From Azolla caroliniana (taxonomy: Eukaryota > Plantae > Polypodiophyta): 64,000 nucleotides of DNA. Positions within the stretch are counted from its first letter, which is position 1, and every line of letters starts with the position of its first letter. The notes under the pieces were generated by a model. That model was not told where the DNA came from and searched no databases. It was given only the letters and a program-made list of their open reading frames with translations. Where the stretch lies: NCBI GenBank assembly GCA_043228905.1, contig JBHGNT010000004.1, positions 2,666,001 through 2,730,000 of the forward strand, in the 5' to 3' direction. Shown here one piece after another: positions 12,841 through 26,587 of the stretch. Both the position numbers and the translations under genes were made by a program.

Positions 12841-14299
12841 ACTATTGAGCCCCTTCTATGGTATGTATATAACATTCATGGCTATAAACCTTTATAATTA
12901 ATGTAAGGAGTTTTTTGTTTTAGAAAAAAAAAACTTCATACTTTTTAGATATAGTATCTAACCATATGTTCCCCAAAAATGAAGAACATATATAAAAATG
13001 TCGAAACCTTTCAAAGGGATAAATTGTAACGCTCACCAAAAAACTCATTTTAGAAGGGAGTAAATTTAATTCATTAAAGAAAACCAACAAATTGCTGCCA
13101 TCATGTAGGTGTATTGACAAGATAATCAAACCCTTCTTACTTCCCTTTCTCCAAGAGAGAAGGAAATACTATCTTTTAACTTCTTCACCATGTATGTTGC
13201 ACATATCCATTAAAGTCATTCATTCCAATTAGTTTCATGAAAGATTGGATTATTCAGAAATACTAGACAAAGTTAGGCAAATGGACAATGACTTCACAAC
13301 TACAATGATTCAAAACATACCATTAACAAGAATCTGCTAAAACAATGTTAAATCAATAGAAAAGGTAAAACAGTGTTAAATCAATAGAAAGGCAACAACA
13401 CAATAGATTTAAACCGCACTCTCTTTAAAAATGAAGTAACTTGTTTGGAAGTCAGAAAGGAATAGTGATACCATAGAAGATTTTACCTTGGCAAAACATG
13501 AAAGGAATAATGATCAGAATGGATTCCACTGCGATATCGTTTTTTTAATATACCTTAAACATTCAGGGATCAATTCATGAGACATGTGGATTGTATGTTT
13601 TCAAAAACCAGTGGACTATTTCATGAGAAAATGCAAGGCTGACCACAGGTAATGAAAGGCTCAGGGGTTTGATACCTGCTAAAGATGATTGGAGGGGATA
13701 AGATGAAGCTGCAATAGGCAAAAGACGACATGGAAGCCTGTTCCAACTGTTAATGTTGCAACATGTGCATTTTGTCAAAACAGGCGGCCATGCAAGATAA
13801 GGATAGGTGCACATGTATTAAAAACATTACGGCATTTGCATGATCATCATTTCCAAAAGCACTTAAAAAAATAAGATCATTTTCCTGAAGCAAAATGGTA
13901 AAACAGCTAAAGAAATGCATTTAACCTGAATAACTAGACCACACCTATGAAGCAATCTGATCAACACTATACAAACAACTCACCAGACACAAACATTCTC
14001 CTTCTCATAAATATTCTACAGTGTAAACCTCTTCATTTTAGCCCTTATAGATAACCAGGTGCTTTGTATATCCTGCAGAAAACAATAGTTTCCAGAGAAA
14101 ATCACATATCCACCTAATGAAATAGTGATAAGTTTGTGGTAATAGAAATGTTTGACATTGAAATCTACATTAGAGAAAGAAGTTTGCTTCCAAAAAACTT
14201 CTACGACATTTCAATTAGATGCAGTAGAGTAAACATGCACAGATGAAAATCATGTCCAATGAAGAGAAACAATATACAGCTGTGGTACCTCTATTAATC

Positions 14300-15660
14300 T
14301 CTATACTTTCTTCCACATTTGTTTTCGTATCTAGATAATGTGAAAAATGCAGTAGCGGAAACACATTCTCATAACATAGTTTCGATGCATGCCATAAAAC
14401 AATGATTTAAGATAATAGACTATAGTACACAATTATGAACCTCTACATAACTGCATAAGTTTAAATGCCATGCCATAAAACAAAGATTTAAGATAATAGA
14501 CTATAGTACACAGTTATGAACCTCTACATAACTGCATATGAAACATTCTATCTTCCATATTTCTTCTTGTTTTCATTGACGTTTGAACTACACTAAGAAA
14601 TGGAAAAAGCATCTCCATCTTCAACAAAACAAAGAAAGATAGTATATAGTTATGAAAACCTTTCAAACAGTATCTGAGAAAGGTAAACAGTTTAAGCCTC
14701 CAATAAAATTCAGATATACTTCTATATATCTGCATATGAATCATGCTTTCTTCTTTTCAATAATGTTTGAACTACATGTAGTAAAATTCTTTTTTCAACA
14801 AACATTTGAACTACTTGCAGTATTAGAAAAAACTATATAGCCTCTGAATAAAACAAGAAAGGCAGTATACAATTGTGAACAGCTTTCAAAAAGACTTTCA
14901 GATAGATAAACAGCTTTCTATATCTCCATAAAATTCAGGTTCTATGTGAAACATACTTGCATCTATAAATCTCCTTGTTTTGAACAAAATTTGCACTACT
15001 TGTACTAAAGGAAACATCTATAGCAACAAATCTAGGCCCAAGACACATAGAAAGATAGCATACAGTAATGATACCTCCGTAAACACATACTATTTTTTAT
15101 GTTTCCTCTGGGTTTCAACAAATTTTGAACTCATGTAGTTGAGAAAGCCAATATAACCCGTAACATTTCTTGAAAGCTATGGCCTTAGAATAAAGAAAAA
15201 TAGTACAGAGTTATGATACCTACATAAATCACCATAATTCCTTGCACATATCTTCTGATTTTCAACAAAATTTGAACTTCATGTGGTAGCATGTACAGAT
15301 ACTACAGCTTGAAAAAATCCATGTACATAAACCGACAAATAATCTTATCCAGTTATGCTACCTCCATAAAGATCTGTATTTCTTCTGATTCTCAACAAAA
15401 TGTGAACTATATGTGGTAGCGGCAGGATATGTAGCAGTAACGTATCTTGAAAGTCACGTTGAAAGAAGAAAGAAGGACAGTATACTGTTAAGATATCTGA
15501 ACAAATGCGCATAACACATGCTTTCCTCCAAATTCTGGTTTTCATCATAACTTGATTTTCATGTACCGGAGCAAGCATACATAACAGGCAACACAGCTAG
15601 AAAGCCATGTCCATAAAACAAAGCAAGAAAGTATACGGTTATAAACAGCGTTCCAACTAA
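14300..15660. repeat. Degenerate tandem minisatellite (units roughly 80-190 bp)
   Basis: Near-exact duplication 14389-14457 / 14470-14538. Recurring TTTCAACAAAATTTGAACTACATG and TAGTA(TA)CAGTTATGA motifs near 14580, 14765, 14990, 15120, 15270 and 15400. Confidence 0.65.
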
Positions 15661-16192
15661 CAACAAGTTACCATACCTCCACTATCCTGTACATGTACAT
15701 ATCGATATATCAAACGAAACATATATATATATATACAGTTCCGTGTCGTCAGATTCAACAATGGCAAGAAGAATGAAGGAGAGGACTGATCATCACTAGC
15801 TGTGGCGTGAGATCCGTGGAGAATGGTAGGAAGGATTGGTGAGAGAAATGAGAAGATGGTGAATGGATCGGGAGAGAAGATCCATGGATGCAGCGGCGAG
15901 TCTGAGGAGCTCCAAAAGTAAGCCCCAATTGGCCATGTCTGTCAGATGAGGCAGACGGGAAAGAAAGGATAGATTTTATTACCGTCCCAAAGAGGAAGTC
16001 AAGATGTAATATATTATAGGGAAAAGTACCTGGATACCCCTGGAAGTTCATCTATTTATCAGAATGCCCCTGGAAGTTCCAAATTTACCAAACTACCCCT
16101 ATGTCCAAAAAATTACACTTTATAAAGTAATTATACACTCAAATCTATAAGCCCTAGTTACCAAAGATGGAAGAAATGGACCCAAACTAGCC

Positions 16193-17079
16193 CTATTTAC
16201 GTATATAACCCATTCGTAAATAATCCTTGAGTTGCTTAAATACCTCATCCTCTTCGGATCGACTTAAACGATAAGGAGGTATATTTATTGGTGCAACGCC
16301 AGGTACAATATCTATATGATGGTCTATATTACGTTTAGGAGGTAACCGATGTGGTAGTTCACTTGGGAAAACATCAAGAAAATCATTTAAGATTTCATCA
16401 AGTTGTCGTTGTTCAAAATAAGATAAATGACCCGAGACATTATCGATATTATAAACGTGAATGTTCGGATCAAGTACACAATAAAATAAAGAAGAACAAG
16501 ATTGCTCGAATATTGATGGAGAGGAAACAATCGAAAGAGATAGTTTATTTACACATTGAATAAAATGAATACAATCGTTCAGTACAAAGGTAATGGAATG
16601 GTGAACCCAATCAATAAAAAAAGAAGAGTTTTTATTAAAAAACCAAGGATAATCTAGCATTCCATCAGTGGTACAAAGATTCATTACATGGAAGTCTACT
16701 TCCTCTATATAGGTATCAATAGAAATTCCTAATGAATGAATTGCCCCGTTGATGTATTGTACTCTTCCATTAGCCAAGTGCACCTTATAGGTGTGATCAC
16801 TTACGGTGGGTTGGATTCCTCATATCTGAACCAAACAATCATTCACAAAGTTGTGTAAGCTTCCTGAATCAAATAAAAATTGGATGGGAGATCCATTGAT
16901 ATACCCGTTTTGCATGTAGTAAATCATTGGGTCCCAATACATATTGAGGGAAAGAACATTTACAATTACTTAAATGATGTGTATAGACCTCAAGGACATT
17001 AGGAATCTGACCTTATGGTCTGCAACTTTGGTTTTGTTGTCGTGCTCTTTCCATTGGAGCTTTCAACATTGTTCTTTTG
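16193..17079 (-). pseudogene. Ty3/Gypsy (chromovirus-like) protease and RT N-terminus fragment
   Basis: Protease FLFDSGS near 16860-16880 and DVFPSELP..LPPKRNIDHHIDIVPG...PPYRLS. Interrupted at 17080 by the Copia insertion; its gag resumes at 22820. Confidence 0.8.
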
Positions 17080-17539
17080 TGACGGGAACTCAACGCTCCT
17101 TATGAGCTACGCTCGGCCACAACCGAGCTTAGAATGATACACAGAAAACGGGAACAAATGTACGCGACACAAAGGAGGGAAAAGGTACACAAAATGTTTA
17201 CGTGGAAAACCCAAAGAGGGAAAAACCACGGCAGCCCACAGGCTGCAAACTATCGCTATGTTGGAATGTACAAAACAATGAGTTCACGGAGGCAACGACC
17301 TCGTACTCACGATCTTCGCCACAATCGGCGGTTACAACAGAGGCAACGACCTCTTTCTTTCTCTCTCTCTCTGTACACTGTTACGTGTTCTCTCTTCTTC
17401 TTGCACCAACAAGAAAATGACAACAACTCAATACACATATTTGCCCTAAGTCATATTTATACTAATATGACTTTTTGGCTATTTACAAATATAGCCACGA
17501 TGGGCTCTCAAAAACATATTTACGAATATGTCTCTTCCT

Positions 17540-17809
17540 CCGGTTCTCACCGGGTCTGCGTCATCCGGCTCTCCGTAGCCGGGTGTTCCTCATCCGGTTC
17601 ACACCGGGTCTGCACCATCCGGCTCTCCGTAGCCGGGTACTCCTCATCCGGTTCACACCGGGTCTGCACCATCCGGCTCTCCGTAGCCGGGTACTCCTCA
17701 TCCGGTTCACACCGGGTCTGCACCATCCGGCTCTCCGTAGCTGGGTACTCCTCATCCGGTTCACACCGGGTTTGCACCATCCGGCTCTCCGTAGCTGGGT
17801 ACTCCTCTT
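17540..17809. repeat. 54-bp tandem repeat x5 in U3 of the 3' LTR
   Basis: Unit CCGGTTCACACCGGGTCTGCACCATCCGGCTCTCCGTAGCCGGGTACTCCTCAT. Confidence 0.95.
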
Positions 17810-17897
17810 CCTGTTTCGGCCTCGGTCGAGATTGTTCGTCGGCACTGTTCTTCTCCCTTCCCATCCGGAGGGACCTATCTCCCAACAAACTCCCCCT

Positions 17898-20800
17898 TCA
17901 CTCCGGCATGGGGTGTCTTATCAGTCCGATCCGCTTCCGGCATGCATCCAGCTTGTCGGGTATCAGAACTTTGGTCAGCATATCTGACCCGTTCTCTGCC
18001 GTGTGGATCTTCGTCAGCGCGAACTCCTGGTCATCTACTCTTTCCCGGATCCAGTGATATCTTCGCTGGATATGCTTCGTCCGAGAATGGTAGGCCGCAT
18101 TCTTAGCAAGGTGGATGGCACTTTGACTGTCGCAATAGAGTCGGTATTCCTCTTGCCGGATACCAAGCTCTCCAATGAAGTCCTTCATCCATAATATTTC
18201 CTTGCCAGCTTCCACAGCCGCCATGTACTCCGCCTCTATGGTTGACAATGCAACCGTCTTCTGTAGCCTCGACTGCCACGAAACAGCTCCCCCTGCATAA
18301 GTCATTACATACCCGGATGTAGACCGGCTGGTATCCACATTAGCCGATATGTCCGAGTCAGTGAAACCGTCAAGTTGAGGTCTTCCGGAGCCGAATCGGA
18401 GACACATATTTGAAGTGCCCTTCAAATACCGGAGTATCCATTTGATTGCGTTCAAGTGCTCCTTGCTGGGATTGCTCATAAACCGGCTCACCACTCCGAC
18501 TACGTATCCTATATCCGGTCGGGTACACACCATTGCGTACATCAAGCTCCCGACGGCAGAGGCATATGGGATCTTCATCATATCCGCCTTCTCTGCTTTC
18601 GTCTTCGGGATTTGCTTGCCGGATAGCCTGCAGTTTGTCGGAAGTGTCGATCTGACCGGTTTCGCATCTGACATGTTGAACCGGTGAAGCACCTTTGTCA
18701 CGTACTTCTCCTGTGATACCCATAATTGCTTCTTTGACTGGTTCCGGATGATGTGCATCCCCAACATCTGTCTTGCCGGACCCAAGTCTTTCATTGAGAA
18801 GGTCCGGTTGAGAGCCTTCTTCAGCATCCGTATTTTGACTTGGTCCCGTCCGACGATCAACATGTCATCCACGTACAGAAGGAGTATTAGGAAGTCGCCT
18901 CCTTCGAACTTCTTCACAAACACACAATGATCGGCTTGTGTCTTGTGGTACCCTTGATCGGTCATGAAGGAGTCGAACTTCCGGTACCATTGTCGGGGGG
19001 CCTGCTTCAACCCGTAGAGACTCTTCTTCAACCGACATACCAGGTGCTCCTTCCCTTTCTCCACAAATCCCTCCGATTGCTGCATGTAGATCTCCTCTTC
19101 GAGGTTGCCGTGAAGGAATGCCGTCTTCACGTCCAGCTGCTCTACCTCAAGGTCCATGCTTGCCGCTATACTCAGCACCGTCCGGATGGAGGTCATCTTT
19201 ACTACTGGGGCAAATATCTCGTCGAAGTCCACGCCCTTCTTCTGCTGGAACCCCTTCACCACGATCCTGGCTTTGTATCTCGGGGGGTTGCCGGCATCTC
19301 ACGGTTTCAACTTGTACACCCACTTGTTTCGGAGTGCCCGCTTTCCTTTCGACAACTCCACCAATTCGTACTTATGGTTCTCATGCAGGGAATCCATCTC
19401 GTCCTGCATGGCACTTAACCATTTTCGGCTGTGGGTGTCATCCTCCGCTTCTTTGAAGCTTTCCGGCTCCCCCTCATTGGTCAGCAGAACATGCTCTGCA
19501 TCCGGAAATCTCCGGGTGGCCCTTCTCTCTCTAAGAGGATATCTCCGTCTTTGGGCTTCGGTAGCCGGCTCCTCCATTTGCTCTTCATCCGAATCCGATT
19601 CGGGGTCTTGGCCGGTTCCGGTCTCAGCTTCCTCTACTTCTTCTTCTACCAGTTCGGTATCCTCATCGTAACCGGCTGGTTCCTCGAGTGCTAACCGGTC
19701 TCTTGCCGGTTGGGTCTGCTCATCGTAGAGTCTATCCTTACCGGTCGACTCGGAGTTCATTATCTTCTTCTCCGACTCCCAATCGGCGAGCGTCTTGTCT
19801 TCCATGAAGATAATATCTCGACTCCGGAATACCTTCTTGTCGACCGGGTCCCGCACTCGGTAGCCGAACTCATCGTCACCATACCCGAGGAATATGCATG
19901 GCCGGGTCTTTGGATCTAACTTTCCTCTCCGGTCCTTAACTACATGCATGTACGCGAGACACCCGAACACCTTCAGATGCTGGTAGGATACTTCCTTACC
20001 GGTCCACACTCTCTGTGGCGTGTCTCCGTCCAAGGGTACTGAGGGTGATCTATTTATCACATATGTCGCCGTCGACAATGCCTCAGCCCAAAACTTCTTG
20101 GGTAGCTTTGCATGCGCTAGCATACTCCGGACCCTCTCCATTATTGTCCGGTTCATCCTCTCGGCCAGTCCGTTTAGTTCCGGCGTCTTCGGCACGGTAA
20201 ATTCGAGCCGGATTCCCTTCGAGCGGCAGTACTCCTCGAACTGCCCCCGGTATTCTCCTCCGTTATCTGCTCGAACCAACTTTAGCTTCCGGCCGGTTTC
20301 TCTTTTCACTCTCGCGTAGAGCTCTTTGAAGATGGATAACACCTAATCCTTCGTCTTCAATGGTGTGGCCCACAACTTCCGGTTGTGGTCATCTATGAAC
20401 GTCATGAAGTACTGCGCTCCGGCATGTGACTTCGTGTCTACTTGACACACATCCGTATGCACCAACTCCAGTGGTGCATTACGTCTCATCGGTGGCCTTG
20501 GTCGGAAGGAGGTCCGGTTCTGCTTACTGGCCAGACAATCAGTGCACTTCTCTAAGTGCACGTTCTTCACTGGAATGAGGTTGTCGTCTGCAAGCCTCTT
20601 CATCCCCTTCTAGCTCATATGACACAGCCTCTTGTGCCATAGCTCACCGGCAATGTCGGATTCCACGTTTAGTTCTTCCAGGCATAACCGGGCATTCATC
20701 AGGTACAGTGTGTTTACCTTCCGGGCCCAAGCCACAATCAGGCTCCCTTCGCTGAACTTCATGACGCCGTTCCGGATGCTACCCGTGTAGCCCTCATCAT

Positions 20801-21944
20801 CTAGCCGACCGGCTGATATCAGGTTCAGACGAACCTCCGGAACGTGCCGGACATCCTTCAACAACAACTTGCATCCGGTTGGTGTTGACAGCCACACGTC
20901 TCCTATGCCGATAATTCGGCATGTACCTTCGTTCCCCATCTGGACACAGCCGTGATCATTGACTAAGTAGGATGAGAAGCATTTCCGGTCCGGGGTAAGG
21001 TGGAACGATGCTCCGGAGTCTACCACCCAGGTCATCTCGTCGCCGGCAAGGTTTATCTCACACTCCTCGGTGATGGGCATCAACTCTTCTTCACTTGCCG
21101 CGATTGTTGTCATTCCCGTCCGATCCGGCCCCCTCCGGTCTTTACCGTTCCGGTCCGGGGTTTGCTTCGAATCGGTACCGTCGGTTTCCTTGTCTTTACG
21201 GAAATGCCGACAGTTCTTTTGGAAGTGTCCCGGCTTGCCGCAATAGAAGCAAGCAGGCCTCCCCCTTGACTTTGACCGTGTCCCCGACTTCTCCCGGTTC
21301 TGGGGACTACGGTTTCTCTGTCTTCCGCGTTCCGATTCGGCAAGGAGCGATTTGGAGTCGGAGCTCGTATCTTTGTCTTTCCGACGCGCCTCCTCATCTA
21401 GCAAGCTCGACTTTACTCTTGCTAGGGATAACCGTTTTCCTTCCGGTCCGGCGTTGCCCAAAGTGACAACCAACATCTCCTAGCTATCCGGGAGGGAACG
21501 GAGCAGGAGTAGCGCTAGTAGCTCATCGGCAAGAGGTACTTCCAATGACGTTGCCTGGTGTATCAGCCCTTGGAAGGCATTCATATGCTCCGCCATGTTG
21601 GAGCCATCTTGGTACCAGAGTCTTACTAGCTTCCGGAATACCGAAACCTGGTTAACAACATTTTTGTTTTGAAACATTATGCCGATCTTCTCCCAGAGCT
21701 CATGAGCCTTGCTCTCTTCATTGAAGTTGTTGTACAGGATCATGTCGATGAAGCACCGAATGTACGCCGTTGTCTTCATGTGCATCACCTCCCATATCGC
21801 GGCGTCGATTTTGTCCGGTCTCTTGTCCCCGAACTGAACCGACAGCTAGAGGTCTTTAACCACGAGCATGTCCCTCATCTTCGACTTCCATACCGAATAG
21901 TTGGAGCCGGTGAGCTTGAACATGCCGCCAAACGATTCGTCCAT
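17898..21944 (-). pseudogene. Copia gag-pol polyprotein (gag, PR, INT, RT, RNase H) with stops and one frameshift
   Basis: Motifs CFYCGKPGHFQKNC, WVVDSGASFH, VHTDV, ADNGGEY, LLLYVDDML, ALSTIEAEY and YCDSQSAIHL. In-frame stops at ~21846, 21480, 20610 and 20343; frameshift at ~19290. Confidence 0.95.
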
Positions 21945-22434
21945 ATTTCTGTGTTGTTTCGCTCTGATACCACTTGACGGGAACTCAATGCTCCTTATGC
22001 GCTACGCTCAGCCACAACCGAGCTTAGAATGATACACAAAAAACGGGAACAAATGTACGCGACACAAAGGAGGGAAAAGGTACACAGAATGTTTACGTGG
22101 AAAACCCAAAGAGGGAAAAACCATGGCAGCCCACAGGCTGCAAACTATCACTATGTTGGAATGTACAAAACAATGAGTTCACGGAGGCAACGACCTCGTA
22201 CTCACGATCTTCGCCACAAGCGGCGGTTACAACAAAGGCAGCGACCTCTTTCTTTCTCTCTCTCTCTGTACACTGTTACGTGTTCTCTCTTCTTCTTGCA
22301 CCAACAAGAAAATGACAACAACTCAATACACATATTTGCCCTAAGTCATATTTATACTAATATGACTTTTTGGCTATTTACAAATATAGCCACGATGGGC
22401 TCTCAGAAACATATTTACGAATATGTCTCTTCCT

Positions 22435-22758
22435 CCGGTTCTCACCGGGTCTGCGTCATCCGGCTCTCCGTAGCCGGGTGTTCCTCATCCGGTTCACACC
22501 GGGTCTGCACCATCCGGCTCTCCGTAGCCGGGTACTCCTCATCCGGTTCACACCGGGTCTGCACCATCCGGCTCTCCGTAGCTGGGTACTCCTCATCCAG
22601 TTCACACCGGGTCTGCACCATCCGGCTCTCTGTAGCCGGGTACTCCTCATCCAGTTCACACCGGGTCTGCACCATCCGGCTCTCTGTAGCCGGGTACTCC
22701 TCATCCAGTTCACACCGGGTCTGCACCATCCGGCTCTCTGTAGCCGGGTACTCCTCTT
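22435..22758. repeat. 54-bp tandem repeat x6 in U3 of the 5' LTR
   Basis: Same unit as 17540-17809, with one additional copy. Confidence 0.95.
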
Positions 22759-22819
22759 CATGTTTCGGCCTCGACACTGTTCTTCTCCCTTCCCATCCGG
22801 AGGGACCTGTCTCCCAAAA

Positions 22820-23319
22820 TTTTGTATGACCATTCTTTTTGTAGAATACGCAAAATGGATGTTGTCACTTACAATCGCGATCCATGAATTCATTAGGTGT
22901 CTTGCGTTTCCCAACAAATGGTGACTGCTTAGTCCCAGACGCTTCGTTGGGTTTGTTATGGTCCTTCTTCGAAGTGCGTTGATTGTGAAAAACTATTTCA
23001 ATGACCTTTTCAAAGAATTTGGGATCCTTATCGTGCACTATCCAATGATAGTCCGAATTGGGGATGCCATTGACAAAACAAGCTATCAACCAATTGTCCC
23101 CTTCTAGGCCTGATTTTTGGATTTGGGTTCTAGCATGGTGAACATAGTCTTCTAACGAGGAAAATTTCTAGCTAAAGAGGTTCATTAAAGCTTGTGCTGC
23201 CTCGGTTCGAGATGGAGGTTGCAGAAATTGGCCCTTGAAAACTGTGACAAAGTCTGTCTAGGTATCATGCAATTTCCCTGTAGTGCGGAGCCCATGCCAC
23301 CAGGCAGTGGCATTACCCC
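22820..23319 (-). pseudogene. Gypsy gag remnant (host of the Copia insertion)
   Basis: Reverse translation GNATAWWH...W.DF...F..QF and CFVNGI, typical of retrotransposon gag. Colinear with 16193-17079. Confidence 0.65.
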
Positions 23320-23640
23320 CTAGTTCTGAATGAAACCATTTGCCAAATTCTCCTCTATATAGGCTCGAAGGACTTCTAGCTCAGTTGGTGACAAATTGTA
23401 GGTCGGTCCCCATGGTAGCTCTTTTTCCGGTTGTAAATCGATGGGGATCATACGGTCGATGGCGAGGAAGCGTATTGGCTTGTACTTTATGGAACACATT
23501 GACATAATGACGACACTTCTCTGGAAGTTGGGCAAAATTCCTATCCATGAAGCAAGAATTAGCTCCAGAATTGAGGAGTGCCGAGACATGCACTGGAGAG
23601 GTACTTTTAGTACTAATTGTTACTTGGGCTACAGACACAT
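23320..23640 (-). pseudogene. Tcn1-like chromovirus protease/RT fragment
   Basis: Motifs ALLNSGANSCFMD, LPRHRPYD and IDLQPEKELPWGPTYNLSPTELEVLRAYIEENLANGFI. Confidence 0.7.
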
Positions 23641-23759
23641 TGCTAACTTGCTTCGAGGGAATGGAACCACTAATGGGCTATACAGATCTAGGGTTGTCCA
23701 ACCAAACAACTCCTATTTTGGCCAGACTTAGTCATTTAACTCTTCTTCTAACAGACTAA

Positions 23760-23852
23760 GGACATCAAATTTGTTCGATAGATTTGGGCTTTAGTACTAT
23801 TTGGACTATAAGATATTCCTACTGAAATAGACTCGGGTTAGTACAATTAGAA

Positions 23853-23931
<79 letters not shown>

Positions 23932-24155
23932 TGATAACAAAAGATATATATTATGTGAAGAGAATATACAGTAGTAGCTAGGAGGCTTAAGACTAGCGTT
24001 GAACTGATTTGGTTCAAAATAATGCCTTGTGCCTCCTTTTATAGTGTTCTCAAGAGTACTCCTGAAGTTTTTAGAATGTTCCAGAGAAATCTGGAATATA
24101 CATCAATTTTCTATGGTAAAACTTAAATGAAAATAATATTCTTCGTATTACAACA
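23760..24155 (-). mobile_element. LTR fragment, homologous to 58863-59130
   Basis: Reverse complement starts TGTTGTAATACG and contains a TATAAA box and a (CT)n tract. It aligns by eye with 58863-59130. Confidence 0.6.
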
Positions 24156-25502
24156 TATAGTCTAATGGTCAAGACATCAACCCATGTAACCTAAGGTCAT
24201 GGGTTCGGTGTGCATCCGATTGAGGTTTGTTTGATTTACCACTTCGATACACTGCTTAACGGGTTGGCGAACCTCATCCTAGATCTCCCACTGTGACTGT
24301 TGGGCCTTACTTTGGGTGGTAACTTGCTGAACGTCAACCGCAATCATATTCACGGCTGGTGCTTTCCTGAGATTGTTCGTCGGGCATTGAGTAACATTAT
24401 GGCCTGGTTGATTACAGTTGAAGCATGTTATAGTGGTAGGTTGCGTGGTTGATCTTCTCGAGCTGGTTGGGAATAGGACTGCAGAAGAGTTGTTGGGTTC
24501 TCCTTGCTCGAATTGAGGCAGTCCTAGGTTGCGTGGTTGATCTTCTCGAGCCGGTTTGGGAATAGGACTGCGGAAGGTTTTCACGAGGCTCGGATTGTGG
24601 AGGCCGCCGATTATCGGTGCGCGGAGGGTCTTGACGACGGTTGTCGATTATTCCCCAAAGGTTGGAAGTAGCAATTATGATGTGGGGGCCATTGATTGTG
24701 CAGTGGGTACCAGGGTTCGTGATAGTCTCCCTGATCGTAGTCATCATGGTAATAGGGGTCCTCCGGATAATAACACTCATCATGATAATAGCGTGGCCGA
24801 TTGTGATAGTATGGTGGCTCTAGTCGGTAGTGGGGATCCTGGTGATAGCGATCTGGTTCAGGGTGGTAGCCATCGTTTCGGTGAAGCCGATCATCCTCCC
24901 AGGGTCGTTCAACGTCTCTATTCCGTGGTGGTGGTCGCCCATCCTGTTGTGAACGATCGTGGTGTGGCTTGATTTGTTGTACCGGAACCGAGTTAGTACG
25001 GTTGAGCATGTTGTACTCACATTGCTCAACCATATGTACTCTAGAATGACAGATGAGGCAGTGTGGTCGTAGAGGGCAATCAATAGTCGAGTGACCGGAC
25101 TTGGCACAAGTTGTGCATTGCAGTCGTGCATTGCCGAAACTGGGTCTCCTCGGTTGTTGACAAGACGGTTTGGAGTGTTGTCGTGATGTGGCATGTCTAG
25201 TGCGAGAAAAAGTCAAAAATTGAGGATCCACATACATTTCACGAATACTTGTAAAAATGAAAATAAATAAACCTAGGTCACAATGACATTGAGTGCATGT
25301 AAAGGGTTGTAAGTAGGATTTGAACCTTGCACCTCTAAGATAAGAGACAATTACCTTACCACTAAAGCTACTACTAAGTGCTTTAGATGTTCTATATTTC
25401 TTTCTCATATTCAGTATTTCGTAGGAAACAAAGGTACAAAACCGTGTACACAAAACCATGGGTTTTAGCCCATGGGTTTGTGCATGTCATAAGCAAAACC
25501 GT

Positions 25503-26211
25503 TGTCGAGGATATCCTCGCGGATGCGTAGAAGTCGGGCAGGACCACGGGGGTCTCGAACCAAGGAATCAGGAAAGCGAGGAGGGAGGAGTTTGGGGATC
25601 ACGTAGGCCTTGAGAACACGGGGGAGCGGGTAAGTCTAGCGAACGAGGGAGAGTAAGAGAGTCGCGCGTAGACACAGACACGAACAAAGTATGTTAGGTA
25701 GAAAGAGTTCTATTAAAACATGGGTGCACGGTGTTGTGAGCAGTTACAACCGGATCAGAGCCGATGATGGAGTGCGGAGCTTTGGCAAACAACTAGGTAC
25801 AAAGAGACGTCTGTGCGCAAAAGGTCGATCCCCAGGTCGGGAGCACTCGGGCGTTTGACGCGAGCAGGGGAAGCGCCTTCTTCCTCGGTCAGTCCTCGGT
25901 TGTTCTCTGTGTATCCTTTCCTCTAGATGGCATGCCAAAGACAATCAAAGGTCGCCCCTTTTATAGCACAAGGAGCGACCGTTACAAGCATTCATGACCC
26001 ATCACTTTTTCGTCCTAGATTCTCTCCTCGTAACTCTCCCTACTTATGCGATGTCTATATCTTCTTTAATGCTCTAACAACCTAGTACCCCTCCTTATAC
26101 TCATACTTAGTAGTTATCCTATTGAATTCCCCTTGAGGCGTGCACTCGCGTATACTGGTGTCCCTGCGCGTTTCACCTTGTTTCCGCTTATGGTCCGGAA
26201 TCTTCACAACA
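25503..26211 (-). mobile_element. Solo LTR (Trp group) inside the 5' LTR of copy 1
   Basis: TGTCGAGG...CACAACA. 4-bp TSD CCGT/CTGT. The empty site is visible in the sister LTR at 29209-29212. Homologous to 30837-31639. Confidence 0.9.
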
Positions 26212-26587
26212 CTGTGTGCACAAAACCATGGTTTTAGCCCATGGTTTTGTGCATGTCACAAGCATGGAGAGACCTATAAAAGCCTCTAGTAAGGCTTGTG
26301 TAAGGGGGGGGCTCAATATGTGAAATCACAATCATCATCATCATCAATAATATAATATTCTTCTTGACATCTATCTTCTTCTTGAGTATACAAATATTTG
26401 TTCTTTTCAAATGTGATATTGGTTTCCTAACTCGTAAATACGCATCGTCGTCTTAATCTCCACTTCCTCACCTCTTTTGTCTCCTTGGTCCGTGGCCCCG
26501 GTGGTCCCGCTCAAGCGAAGCACGCACACACACGCATCTTCGTGACATCTTTTTTGGTGAACCCGACGTGAAGAGCGGCAGGGGAGG

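Larger units (their letters stand above)
17080..22819 (-). mobile_element. Full-length decayed Ty1/Copia element (Tork/Tnt1-like)
   Basis: LTRs 17080-17887 and 21975-22819. 5-bp TSD TTTTG (17075-17079, 22820-22824). PBS TGGTATCAGAGC (21961-21972). PPT AGGGGGAGTT (17888-17897). Confidence 0.97.

Noticed and set aside
17540-17809. 54-bp array as a CRISPR or repeat-protein gene (ORFs 17134, 17547, 22029, 22442)
   Set aside because: Units are contiguous with no unique spacers and lie inside LTRs. The ORFs stay open only because 54 is a multiple of 3.
23847-23926. Long (GA)n tract and other (CT)/(TA)/(TG) microsatellites
   Set aside because: Ordinary components of the LTRs in which they sit.
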